A DNA stretch of 64,000 nucleotides from Antedon mediterranea. Its lineage: Eukaryota; Animalia; Echinodermata. Under the pieces are notes generated by a model. It did not search any database and had not been told where the DNA came from. It saw nothing but the letters and a program-made list of their open reading frames with translations. The translations under genes and the position numbers were made by a program. Shown one piece after another: positions 1-13,500 of the stretch; position 1 is the first letter of the stretch; the number at the start of each line of letters is the position of its first letter. The DNA is taken from contig NC_092673.1 in the NCBI RefSeq assembly GCF_964355755.1, forward strand, positions 23,185,648 through 23,249,647, given 5' to 3'.

Positions 1-1519
1 TTAGACAACCACACATTTTAGGAAAGTTAACTGTGCAATCTATTTTGTTTTCAAAGGAAAATTGTTTTTTTTTAAATAATTTACAGTGTAACAAATACAC
101 AAAATATATGGTTTATTTTTAAGCTATGTTTTTTGCATGGCGAATAAAAATATAAAGTAGTCCTAAGGTTCGCAATACCATGTGACAAGGACATTTTAGT
201 TGTTATGCTACATGGAAACACTTGGTACTATAAACCTTACAGCACTTTACTAAATTTAAAACTATTTAAAATGGTAATGTTATTTATGGGCATCTCTGAA
301 AAGATACTGTAAACTTCTTCAATAATTCTGAAAATTAACAGATGGTAGGTCTGAGAAAATCCTCAATAGACAAAACATTTTTTTTGGTTAAACTTTCGTA
401 AAACTTTTGTTTAAGATACAGTCATCATCATTTAATTGCATTACGTCGAGTACAAAATATATAAGGTCAGAAGAAAATATGCCAAGGGCTGGCCTTCAGT
501 GGTTTAGCGTGCAAACCCTACAGAAAGATATATATTTAGATGACATCAAAGTTGTATTAATATTCCCATTACTCATGATTGGTATGGAAAGAGTTTGTGG
601 AGTAAGGTCAGCAGACGACGCCGCTTTGTTGTGTCGTCTGCTTCAAAACCGCGTAGCCATGACTTGTACCTCCAAGTCCAGTTAAACCTCTAGGGATTAA
701 AGATAGAAGTGTCTCTACAGGGAGTTAAGTATGCCAGGGCTGCATGTTCGACCTCCAACTGTCTCTGACGTGTGTTCCCAGTTAATCTATGACATCCTAT
801 GTAATTTAGATTTCGGTTTACTCAACACCCATGAGTTTTGTGTATTGTTGACTTAGGAATTTCTGTCTTTAGTTACATTTATATATTTAAATAAAATGAA
901 AGGAAATAGAGTTTACTGATTATAGAAGATTGCGTTGATTGAGTGTCAATAGTTCGCTGAAAGACTAATAATTTCATTATTCAGTAATGAGTAATCTACT
1001 TGGGGTTCATGTCAAAATTATTCTGTACTGTAGTTACTGCAGTAACATATATTTTTTATTAAATGTACAAGTTTATTAAAGGCAGTCGCAGCAATAAACA
1101 ATGTGTAAATAATTTGTTTATTCGTTTATTCAATAAATATATAACACATTCGATAGTAATTAATAAAAACAAGGGAAACCTAAATAAATTAAAACTTTAC
1201 GCCTAGGTTCCCAGAAATAAGTGAAGTACAGTAACAAAAAAGTTGGGAAGAAAAAGATACAATATACGATATATCATAATAATTATATAAGCAGGAAAAA
1301 AAAGTAAGCAAAACGTAGACTACTTTTGACATGTTCCCTTGTTTAATTAATTTATTGAAAACCATTAATAAAAACTTAGTGAATAATAATTAGGTCACTG
1401 ATACCATGAAGTTAGGAAAGTATAATGTATTTGATGTGCTTTTTTGTGATGATTCTGGTTCAACCATCCAAAAACTATAGATGACTAGTCAGTCTAATCT
1501 GAATCTTTTATAATTATAG

Positions 1520-4500
1520 TGGTGATGCTGAATTTACACATTTGATTGAACGGGCAACCAACTCGGATGAGGGCTACTATGAATGTTGGGCAACCAATGC
1601 TGAGGGCATTGGAAGTGCTACTACATACCTTGATGTAACAGGTAGGCCTACTTATTTTTCTAAAGTTTGTTCTCCTATTAAGGACCTTTGATCTTATATT
1701 TTGTGTACAGTAGACATACACTGTCTATACTATTCCGCAATGATCAGTATTTTTATTTTCTATACCGTTGTGTAAAGTGCATTGCAAATACTTTTACATT
1801 ACAAAGTTTTATAAATTATGTACAGTATTAATAAAAGATATGTAAATGATAATAATGTTTTTTATAAGCAAACCATTACATTAGGTTATGGAAAGTAGAT
1901 TATGGCAGTCTAATGATGAATTAAAAAAGTTATCTTTCATTTTATTTATTTTTTTTTAGAAATAATAAATAGCCATATTGACATTAATAATTTAAAATCT
2001 GGCAATATCTTCATTCTTTACACAAACGTGGGTGTAGGCCTGACAAGGTGTAGATGTAAACCTGACAGGGTGTAGGACTAGCTAGATTGCAATAATTATG
2101 ACTTGTCTTCACTGACTTGATGTTTTCGTATGTGATTACAACTTTTTGATGAACAGATTAAAGTTTATCAAAGACCTGCACCCAAGTGTTTAGCAGAACC
2201 ATATAATATATATTCCTCTGGCATTAAAATACGGGCTTCATTCACATTAATGTTTTTTAATAAATATAAAAGGTAGGTTTTTAAAAATATAACAAATATA
2301 AACCTACCCAAGGCTGGAAAAATGACATGAATTAGTCATAGTACAGTATTGCCAAAAGAGAAAATATAATAATATTTTCATGCAAAATCATGGACTATTT
2401 ATGCCAATTCTTTTTTCTTAGAAATGTGTATTCTTTGATTATTGAATTATCTATGACACATTAAAAGATAAAATACCATATTTGATTTCATAATATATGG
2501 TTTTGTAGCAGATGCAATATATGTGTATATTTATTACAGTATTTCTATTGTTAAATTGTGTCATTACATGATAATAGTAACTGTTATCATGCATTTCTGA
2601 AATCAAGCAAATATGTAATACATCTGTTGCTCTCTGTTTATGTTTGAGAAAGAATTAATAATTGTCAGAATCATTGATGACTTTACCCAATAAACTTTAT
2701 AACACAATCATAACAATACATTTTATTCAGGCTACTTATTTTTATAATAAAGAGGTCTTTGTGCAAAATGTACATATGTTATAATCATAAACTATAAATA
2801 ACATTTTTTTGACGTGAATAAATTATTTTTCTTGTGCAGAACCTCCTCCAACCATTCAGAAGCCAGAAAACGTGACTACCCTTCCAGGAGCGAATGCCGT
2901 TCTAAGCTGCCAAGCATACAGCACTGTCAAATATAACATCACATGGACTAAGCCTAATTCATTTGTCCGTCTGAGGGAGAATGAGTTTGTGCGTCAGCTT
3001 TCAAATGGATCACTGCTTGTCATGAATGTACGTGACTCAGATGGAGGCAGATACAGATGTACAGCGGCCAATGAGGGAGGATCTGTCTTTGAAGAACTCT
3101 TCTTACTTGTCCAAGGTTCGTCGTTCTGTCCACATGTTATATTAGGGACTTAAGAAATACGACGGGAAGCCATAGGATGGTGCTCATGAATAATTAATGC
3201 ATGGGCTTTAACAAGTGGGTGGAACTTAGCGTGGAATTCCGTCGCTCTAGCAAACACAGGATATTCGTCGTCCTCCACTAACCGTCGTGTTTCGTAAAGT
3301 CCCTATTATTATTTGAATATTAAGTGTCAGCTTTTGACAAAAATGTTGTCATCTTTATTTGAATGTGAATTCATTATTTTGTTGTCTTCGAGGAATAAAG
3401 AAGAGGAAAAATGTACTTCATTATATGATAAAATTATGGCAGCTTGCTAACTCCTTTAGGTTGTAATACTTCCATTAGTTCCTTTTCATCCCGTTGGGAC
3501 ATGGACCACTCTTGTGGTTTCGATAAGTGATTTAACTTGTAGAGTTTAACTGCTGAACTAAACATTAGTAAATATGCATTTTCTGCATTGTCTCATTTAT
3601 ATTATTATTTTATGGTTTATAAATTGAATTCATTAAAGTGATACTCAATAATTAAGTAAACACATAAGCATGCTAAAATAAATTTATAATCAAATGTATG
3701 TCTGACTTTTACAGAAAAATTGATAAAAAATAATACTGATTAAAATGTATAATTATTTGTTTTGCATTTTGTAGAGGTGCCAGTAATCACAATCCTTGCG
3801 TCCAACGTTACTTACACTGCTGGAATGAACCTAACACTAAACTGCTTTGCTTCTGGTTATCCAACCCCAATCATCACATGGAGTAAGAACAACCAAGAAC
3901 TGCCTCGGATGACAGGGCTCTCCATCGGCTTTGACAACGAGTTGATCATCCACAATGCAGGTCCTGATGCAGCTGGATCATACTCTTGCGATGCCATTAA
4001 CCCCGCCGGTTATGATACACAGAGTATTGTGGTTGAATTTACTGGTGAGTATCATTAATTTATTAGATATATAGATTGGAAATGTCTGGTTTCCCTTTGT
4101 TTTGCAAAGTTGTATGTAAATAATTTTAGTAATGACTAAAATAGCATACCAAACTTGATAGACTCCGCAATGGCAATTTGAACAAAATACGCTGCAGACA
4201 TGACATATTTATATCAATTTAATTCTGGTTTATTAAAAATATAAGTGGCATTGCAAAATAACCAGATTGTACCAAATATATTTAAAATTCCATTTAAAAG
4301 TTCAAATATAAAATATGTACAAATCTAAAAATAACAAATTTACATACAGCACAATACAAACTAACTGTATTTTGCATTTAAATTTCAGCGGTTCCTGAGA
4401 TCACTTTAGTAAGTGAGCAAATCCTGGTTGCTCAGGAAGAAACGGTAATCTTAACTTGTCCTGCTAGTGGCATCCCACCTCCATCAATTGTCTGGATGAA

Positions 4501-7500
4501 GGACAGCGATATCATTGATGAATACTCATACTATCAGGTGTTATCAGATGGCAGCTTAGAAGTGCCTAGTGCTCAGACGCTGGATGAAGGCTTGTTCAGG
4601 TGTATCGCTAGTAACATTGCTGGCACTGCAACTGCTTCCATGTACCTCGAGATTGGATGTAAGTTGATCATTTTAATACTTAAAATTCCACATTTGCAAA
4701 AAAAATTATTATATATTGTGAAATACTAAAAACAGGTAGGCAAAACATAGGCAAAACATCAAGATTCGGCTATATACCTTCATGGGTATCGTGTACACAG
4801 ACAAACAAATGAATAGGGGTGGAAACATAATCTCCTTTCCTGAGGTAAATATATTTCATATAATAAGTGTACAAAATTATTATTAATCTAATTTAAATTA
4901 TTTTCCATTACTTTTTCCTACAGGACTACATAAAGAAATTTAGTTACGTATTAATTGAATCTTTTAATTTTGTTACTTTTAGCCATCCCAAGAATTCTGC
5001 AACCTCCTGACAATGTTGCCATTGATATTGGATTGAATGCTTCATTCCCTTGTCTTGCCTTTGGATTCCCTAAACCAATCATCTCATGGAGAAGAATCGA
5101 TGGAAAGAACTTGAATACAAACCCGAGAGTTACAGTTACCACTGGGGGCGCTCTTCACATCAGAGGTAATATTTAAAATTTATATACATTAGAAATGTAT
5201 TTTATTTTCTTAATCTATTTTTAGTTGTCACGATTTTGCTGCTTCAAACAAGTATTTTAAACAATATTAAATGTTTTTTCTTTATTATTTGTATATTTTT
5301 CTCATGAAATAAATACAACATGATTATATAATACAATAAATTAGTCTTTATTTGTTAAAAAAAATATACATACATCAAGTAAAAAACATAGGAACCCTAT
5401 TGAAGCGACAGGGGCCGAAAAATAAATAATACCAACTTTTCATATGCAATAAATTGTGTTTATTTTTCTTGTAGATTTAACTGTTGATGATGCGGGTACT
5501 TATATTTGCATTGCTGAAAACAAATTTGGAAAAGAAGAAGAAACCGCTCAACTCCGCATCACTGGACTTGGTAATTTTTTTTCTCCATAATCTAGAATAT
5601 TTCAATTAGCAAATAATTATATTTAATATCAAGCAGAAATAGGATTACTGCTGGTAGCATAATGGTCCCAAGATCTTTGTCTAAATATGGTCTTAGACTC
5701 TTCTCCATGGGCCCAGTATAGGACCATGCTCAGTACACTGGAATATGACCCCATTTCTGTTCAAATATTCAATAATGATAAAGAAGATATAACATAGGAA
5801 AGAGATAGAATAAAGTAAAATACTTTATCCATCTTATTTATTCATCTTATCAAATCCAGCCCCTGTATGTAAAGTGACCAATGACTTGATCCCATCTAAA
5901 GGACAAGGCAATGAGATTAAAGTAACTTGCCTAAAAATTAAAGCAATATTACACATACCTCTTGTATGCTGGTCTGATATCCCTTACCGTTATTCCATAT
6001 TGCTCGCTCATAATCATTTCTATTATTTTTAGTACGACCCTACATCTTTAGCAGCCCAGCGCCAGAGGAAATTGCCATTATTGGAATGAGGATCACCTTA
6101 AATTGCAGAATGGAAGGAAACCCACCTCCTCAAGTATACTGGTACAAGAATGACATCCCAGTAAATCCAAACCTCAATCAAAACTATCGACTAGAGAGCG
6201 ACGGATCGCTGACAATCTCCAACATTCAAGAAGTAGATGCTGGTGTATTTAAGTGTGAAGGAATTAATGTTGCTGGCCAGACACAAGTGGAAAGTAACTT
6301 AGTTGTCCAAGGTAAATTTTACATTTTGTATCAACCGTTTATTCGGCAATAGCAGAAACAGGCCCTATCTATGTATCTTGTGTGTGTTTGTCATGTGAAA
6401 TTGATTGTTACCTCTCTGGCAGACTACACAGTAACAAGTCACTTGTGGCAATCCTTGGCTGTGTGTCTAAATAAATTCATAAATAAGCCATTGTCTGCAT
6501 TTTTAAACGAAAATTTAGAGGTAAAATATGATTTTTGGAGATAATTAATATGAATTATTTAGTTGTTAATGATTTTTTTTCCTTACAGTTCCACCCCGTG
6601 TTGTACCAAATCCACAAATCGATTATGTTGTCAACTTCAGACAAAACGTCACTTTAAAATGTCCAACACAAGGCTATCCACTCCCTATGATTACATGGTC
6701 TAAAGGTGGCCAGGAAATCACAACAAACAACTTGTATTACTATCAGCTTGGTAATAACCTTATAATAACGTCCGCGTCTGCTGATGACGCAGGCACGTAC
6801 ACATGCGATGCCAGAAATCCTGCCGGTACAGACAGTTTGGAAATATCTCTTTTCGTAAACAGTAAGTTTGTCACTTTTAATCTCTTGTTTTGTCTGTTGA
6901 CAAATTAAAAATAATTTACGCTAATTTTGTTAATTAAGATTATTTTTATGGGTTAAATAAAGTTTTATTAGTTTATAATTAGTGTCAGATTGATGATGAC
7001 ACTGTTAGCAGATTCACAAATCTTACTAACCAATATTAAGCCATCCACGACCCTGGAGAATTGTCATAGGCCTGTAGCTTATTATCTGTCTATGAAAAAT
7101 ACCACATTAAATCCCAGGTGTATACTTAGAAGTAAATAAGCTTTTCTTTATTATTGCACTCCTGGGATTTTACTTAGCCCTTTAGGAATATAAGCAAAGT
7201 ATAGATATACTGTACTTACTTATTCATTTTCTATTTTTCTTTGTAGTTCCACCAAAGTTCAAACCAAACCAGAAGGAAGGAGTCGTTAATGTTGTTATAA
7301 ACCAGACTCTGTGGCTTCCTTGTTCCGTGGACAGTGTTCCTGCTGCCGACTTCACGTGGTATAAGAACGGCTTCCGAATCACACCGACAACCACTAACCA
7401 ACTCAATAACAATGAAACATTGTGGATTGGCGAAACTAAACTTTCTGACTCTGCTGATTATATCTGTGTGGCTTCTAACATTGCTGGAAATATTTCAAAG

Positions 7501-10500
7501 ACATTTACGGTTAATGTTTGGGGTATGTTCTAATACTAACTAATCATTAAAAATATATACTGGTGAGTGTCTGATACAAATGTTTCTCAGCTCTTTATAA
7601 ATGAAATATCCTAAAATAACCAAAACAAATTGACGATAAAGCAGAGAAATTTTTATAATTATTATTATTCAATCCCATTCAACTGTTGCAACCCAATCCC
7701 CTACCCATTTTACCCTTCCTTACCGTTTTAAAAGTAGGTCTAATCTCTAAAGTACTATCAGAGTTTTAAACCTGTGTTTGCACTTAATATCTCTGTATGC
7801 TTTTGGCCTATAATATTTAATTAGAAACAAAGAACGCAAGTGCAAGATTTGATTGGCATCGCATCATTCACATACTGATAACAATGATTATAGACACCTG
7901 TCACCGATTTGTCTGACATAACTGATTCTGATATAACTGATAAAATACATTTTAATTGTCTTTGACTTCACTTATTAAAATGATACTTGATACTTCATTT
8001 GTACCCTTTATCTGTTGTTACATATTTTACTGGAACTAATCAAATTATATACTTTGCCAAAATAATTGTTCTAGAACATTAGAAATTGCATTTTTTTTTA
8101 CAATTGCTGGTTAACGTTGTGAGGTTAATTTCCCGATTGATCGTAATCAAAACGGTACTGGGTATGGTCTACTAGTTTTTCTGCTCCCAACCAGTACATC
8201 CATTCATAGAAGCTTTGATGAAGTAAGCCTACCTGGTGGTAACCATAGAACGGTTCCGAGATAACGACTATACTTCGGCTTTAGTCAATACAATATGGAA
8301 AAAATTGTTAGAGATAGAGTATACGATGTTTGATTATGTGTAGATGTGTGATTTGTTCTTTTTATTCAAATGATGTTATGTATTTAATAAATTTGTTATA
8401 TCAATTAATTAAATTATCGTAGATTGCATATTATGATGAAATTAACATGATAACTCATATACTTTCATAAATGTTGTAGTCAAAATTAAAACCAGAAAGA
8501 AAAAGTGTGAAATAATTACTCTATACATGGTCAGTCAAGACTTGAAATTTGCCAAAGGATTAGTTAATTAAAGAAAAGAAAAAAATATATTATATAAAAT
8601 AGATATATTTATAGATATAAATAAAAAGGCAAATTACTGAAAAAATTACAATGCTGTTGGTATCAGTGGCTGGATCTCAATGGAGATACAAAATGAAATA
8701 AGAAAAAGCTAAATCTAAACGGTAAAGAAAGTATATTTTTAAGACTGAGTTTATATGCAATCAGATAAAATGATTACTTACACTGAAAAATAAACTATTA
8801 TTACATTTAGTTCCACCAACAATTGTTCCTGATGAAAGAGTTTGGACTGTACATGAAGGTGATGACATCGTCCTGCCATGTATCGTGCAAGGAATTCCCA
8901 CTCCAGAAGTTGAATGGCAGAAGGATGGCCGTGCCATAAAGAGACGCTCACAAAGACTAACCAAACTGGATGTTGGATCATTGGAAATTATCAGTGCCAT
9001 CAAGACAGACACAGGAACATACATCTGTAGTGTAAGAAATGATGCTGGTACTCTACAAAGGACCATCTTCTTGGATGTCTATGGTTAGTGTGTTTTTATT
9101 ACTTGTATTTTGTCAGCTGTAAAGCTCTGTCTACACTATCAAACTTTATGTGACAACAAAATGTGATGTGCCCATATATGGACATAATGATGTCATAATA
9201 CTACCATATGTGGGCACATCACACTTTTTTTTGTCAAACTAGTTTGATAGTGTAGACCTATCTATTTATTAGTGTATTAGTATTACAGTAGGCTGCCACA
9301 AATATTAATTTTGTCATTATTCAAAGACAAGTATTTTTCATTTAACTTTTTCTTGACCTTCTGCATCGGTAAACTTTTTATTGTTTGTTTTTACGAAAAT
9401 GAAAAAAGTTAATTTATTTTGAATTTTAGAATGAATAATTATGATTTAATTAATTAACAATTTCAGTACAACCGGAGATCATAGATCAAACCCAAGTTTA
9501 CGATGTTAATGAGCAAACCTCAGTCACTCTGTCCTGTTCTTCAAGCGGTATTCCAAGTCCGCAGATCACGTGGATGAAAGATGGTAAAGAAGTCGTAGAA
9601 GCAACTCGTGGTGACATGGAATCACGATTTGAAATTGACCAATCAGCTGGCACACTTACCATTCATAACGCAATAGAAAGCGACACTGGTATTTATGTGT
9701 GTACCGTTAGCAATCCAGCCGGTATCACATCAAAGGAAATTACCCTTCTTGTCAACAGTAAGTTATTATTTAAATTATAAAAACTTTATCAGTCAATAAC
9801 AATAATTTTAAAGCTTTTAGAACTACACATGATATTAAAAGTGTTACAGTATGACTATCAATTTTAATTTAGTTATGCCATTTATTCAATTTTGAGTTCA
9901 TGTGTGTAAATTAGATTAAAATGTCTACAGCATGACTAATTCAAACCGATTTTATTATTATTTAATAGTTTTTTCTTGTGAAAATGTTATATATGTTTAA
10001 ATACTTAATTATACAATTGTCAGGTGTAAATAGTTGTCATTGAATATTTAAGCTGAATTAGTAATAATTTATCCTAGAAATTTGTCCTGCTTAAATTTGT
10101 AAATTATATTTGTTTCTGTAAAGAAAAGCTTTACTGGATCTATTTGCCAATCTTTAAGAAGAATTTCTATTACTAGATGGTACGCTCGCTTCGCTCGCGT
10201 ACCATCTAGGTCGTGCCCACAGATGGTTCTCGAATACATAATAATTTCAGCGTTAAAAAACTGGCGATTTCAAATGTACGTACTGCAGGACAATAATACA
10301 TGTCGTGTACAGGAACGAATAAATAGACACTGTGATTTATGTACTCAACTAAAATTAGCACCCTATTACTTCCGAAAGAGAAACTTGTCACAAAATAAGA
10401 CCAATTGTTTAAGTCAAATTTAAACAAACTTAATTTGTGTTTTGTATGTAACATTAGGGTTGAGGGATGGGGAAGAGGATGGGTGCAAAGAGGAACAATG

Positions 10501-13500
10501 TTAAAATATATTCTTTATCCATTAACGAAATATTAATTGCTTTCATGTTTTACAAATAATATACCACTAAACACAGTAAAACATTGCGATGTAATACTTT
10601 GTTGAAACTATCACCGTCCTAGTCGATTGAAATAGTACAGTACATGTAACGATACATCACTACGACGTGTATATGTTTATAATATAATGTAAAACAATTT
10701 GTGAAAACCACCTCTATTCGGGTAAAATCATAAATTCGATTTAATCGTCAATAAATATTAAATTATCTAACTTAACTTAATTAGTAGGCCTAATGGTTTT
10801 CAATTGTTTCTTAGAGCCAATTCATACTTAAGTTGGTTCCTACCCTACCCACCAAAGTTGTTCTGCGTTTAGGGCATGTGATGTACCGTAGGCCTATTCT
10901 CTACTGGTTTTACAACGCTACTCATGCCAGTGAGGGAAAGGTGATGATGTGGGTGGTTTAAATGCAATAATAAAGATGTGTACATAATATACGGCGAGTG
11001 AAAACGCTAGCTCATTATCCGTTTAAAAAAAAATTATATCCAACCTCTGCAGCACAGATTGAAAACAAAAATGGATCGAATTTCGAGTATACAGTACTGT
11101 ACTTGCCTTTAACGACGCCTGAGGGAATAGACACTTGTGAAACAGAGATTGGAATGTTCCATTCATCGCAAATCAATACATTTGTATAATCGTATATTAA
11201 ATCTATCAAAATAGTATTTTTTTAAGAAAATCGGCCTGTCTTCAACATTATGATGCTGTACTCTAGCTGTTCAACCAGTTTTCAGCTATTAAAAACAATT
11301 ATCGTAGGAGGAGATAGGAAAATGCGAAGCCTCTTCGTATTTTTGTGGTGGGTATTTTTCAAGATGGACATCCATTAGACAGTGTATACCACGATCGGAA
11401 AACACCCCTATTTGGGGCAAATCGTTGAACCTAAATTCGTTTTAATCGTCAATAACTAATTACCTAACTCAATTTAATTAGTAAACAGGGTTACATCAGA
11501 TGGTTAAAATCAGTACTGAAAGTATGAACCAACTTTATATACCATCGAGTAGAAATTCTAGAAATAAACCGAGATTTACCGAATTTTGCCCTTACGTAAA
11601 TTTATATATAGATTATTTTGTTATAATGGACAAATAAAGCTTTTCAGTATTTTCAGTAGTTCTAACAGGAATACAATTCATTTTATGTATTTTGGTGACA
11701 AAAATGTAATGAATAAAATACACATAACATAGACAAAGACCTAACAATTAGGAAGTACACTTACTGATATTTAAGTTCTTCCTTTTTCTAGTTGCACCTG
11801 TGATCCCTGAATGGGACCGAGACAATGATGTAGATGTTGTAATTGGCAACCCAATAGAGTTACCATGTGAGGTTGAATCTACCCCTTCACCTTACTACAC
11901 CTGGTACAAGGACGACAATCTTCTCAATCCCAACAAAGAGGTGTTCATTAGTTCCAACGGTAACCTCGGAATTCTCAGAACAACTGTACTAGATAGTGGA
12001 ATCTACACATGTATTGCTTCCAACATTGCTGGCAACATTTCAAAGATTTTCCGTGTTGAAATTCAAGGTATATTATAATTAGGCAATCAACACACTGCAC
12101 ACTGATACCAAGAAAACCTAGTTTCAAAATCACAAGTTATAAATAAGAAATATTACCCCATACCCCAAAATTTTGTGTTGCATATTTTCCATAGGATATG
12201 TTATATACAGTATTCGTAAACAAGAAACCCTATTAAAGCTTGGTTCCCACTAGAGACGCAACGTAATGCAACGTACGTGATTTGACAAATCACAAAAGAT
12301 GGATTATTGAACATTCGCTTAATTTGCGTTTACATCCTTCTGCTGTGTAGTGGGAACCAAGCTTTAGCTGTACAATTGATTATTGATAATTAATTATTGA
12401 TTTCTGCAAAAATAGACATAATAAAAAATGATTGACAGAAATTAAATTTTGTTAACATTAAAAACTTGACTTGGCACATAAACTATTACAAATTTGTCAT
12501 TATATCAGTTTAAAATTAGTACAATTTCAACCATTTTACTGTTAAAACTTAATCTATATTTTTTCATCTTCAGTTCCTCCAACCATTCTACCTGGATTAA
12601 ATAGCCTAACATTAGTATCTGGGGAAACAGCGTATTTGAAATGCGAGGTAGATGGAATCCCATACCCACAGGTCATGTGGCACAAAGACGGTCAGTTGTT
12701 GAACATTGATCAAGATCCTCGCATGATGTACATAATCGCAAGTGGTATGCTTAGCATCGATAACGTGCAGGATCCAGACACAGGAGAGTATGAATGTTAC
12801 GCATCGAATCCTGCTGGTCAAACAAGCAGAAGAATATCAATGTTTGTCCAAGGTAAGTTGAGAATTAATTAAAACAAATTATTTATAATTTAAGAAAATA
12901 TACTGTAACATAAATAAACATTTACACACGATTATTGACGTAAAGAATATATCTTTTTATTCTATAGTTCCTCCTCTGATTCTGGATGAACGTACTGGCT
13001 ATGAAGTCATCGTGCGAAACCCAGTCACACTCAACTGCCCTGCATCTGGAATACCAGAACCTGAAGTCACATGGTATAAGGATAGTATACTTATCCTGAA
13101 GGATGATATGCGATACTTTCAGATGCCGTCTGGATCACTTCAAATCTCATCCACGGTACGAGAAGACAGGGGAGAATTTAAGTGTTCATGGACCAATGCA
13201 GCTGGATCCGATGAGAAAATCACTTATCTTACAGTACATGGTAAGTAGTGACTAATTGAGTCTTACTGAACCAAGACAGGTAATGGGCCATTTAACTAAG
13301 TTCATTAAAAGGTGGAGGTGGTTTTGATGTGCACTCAATCATAACCCACCTTGAAATTTTGAGTAAAACCATTTTGTGTGGAAAATGAAAAAAAAAGTTT
13401 TAGAGGATTAATGTATTTACTGTTTAGTCTTGTCTGGATTTTAATCGATGTCTTTATAAATATAATTTATTTTGTGAATTTTCTTTAATAAAGAAGTTTC

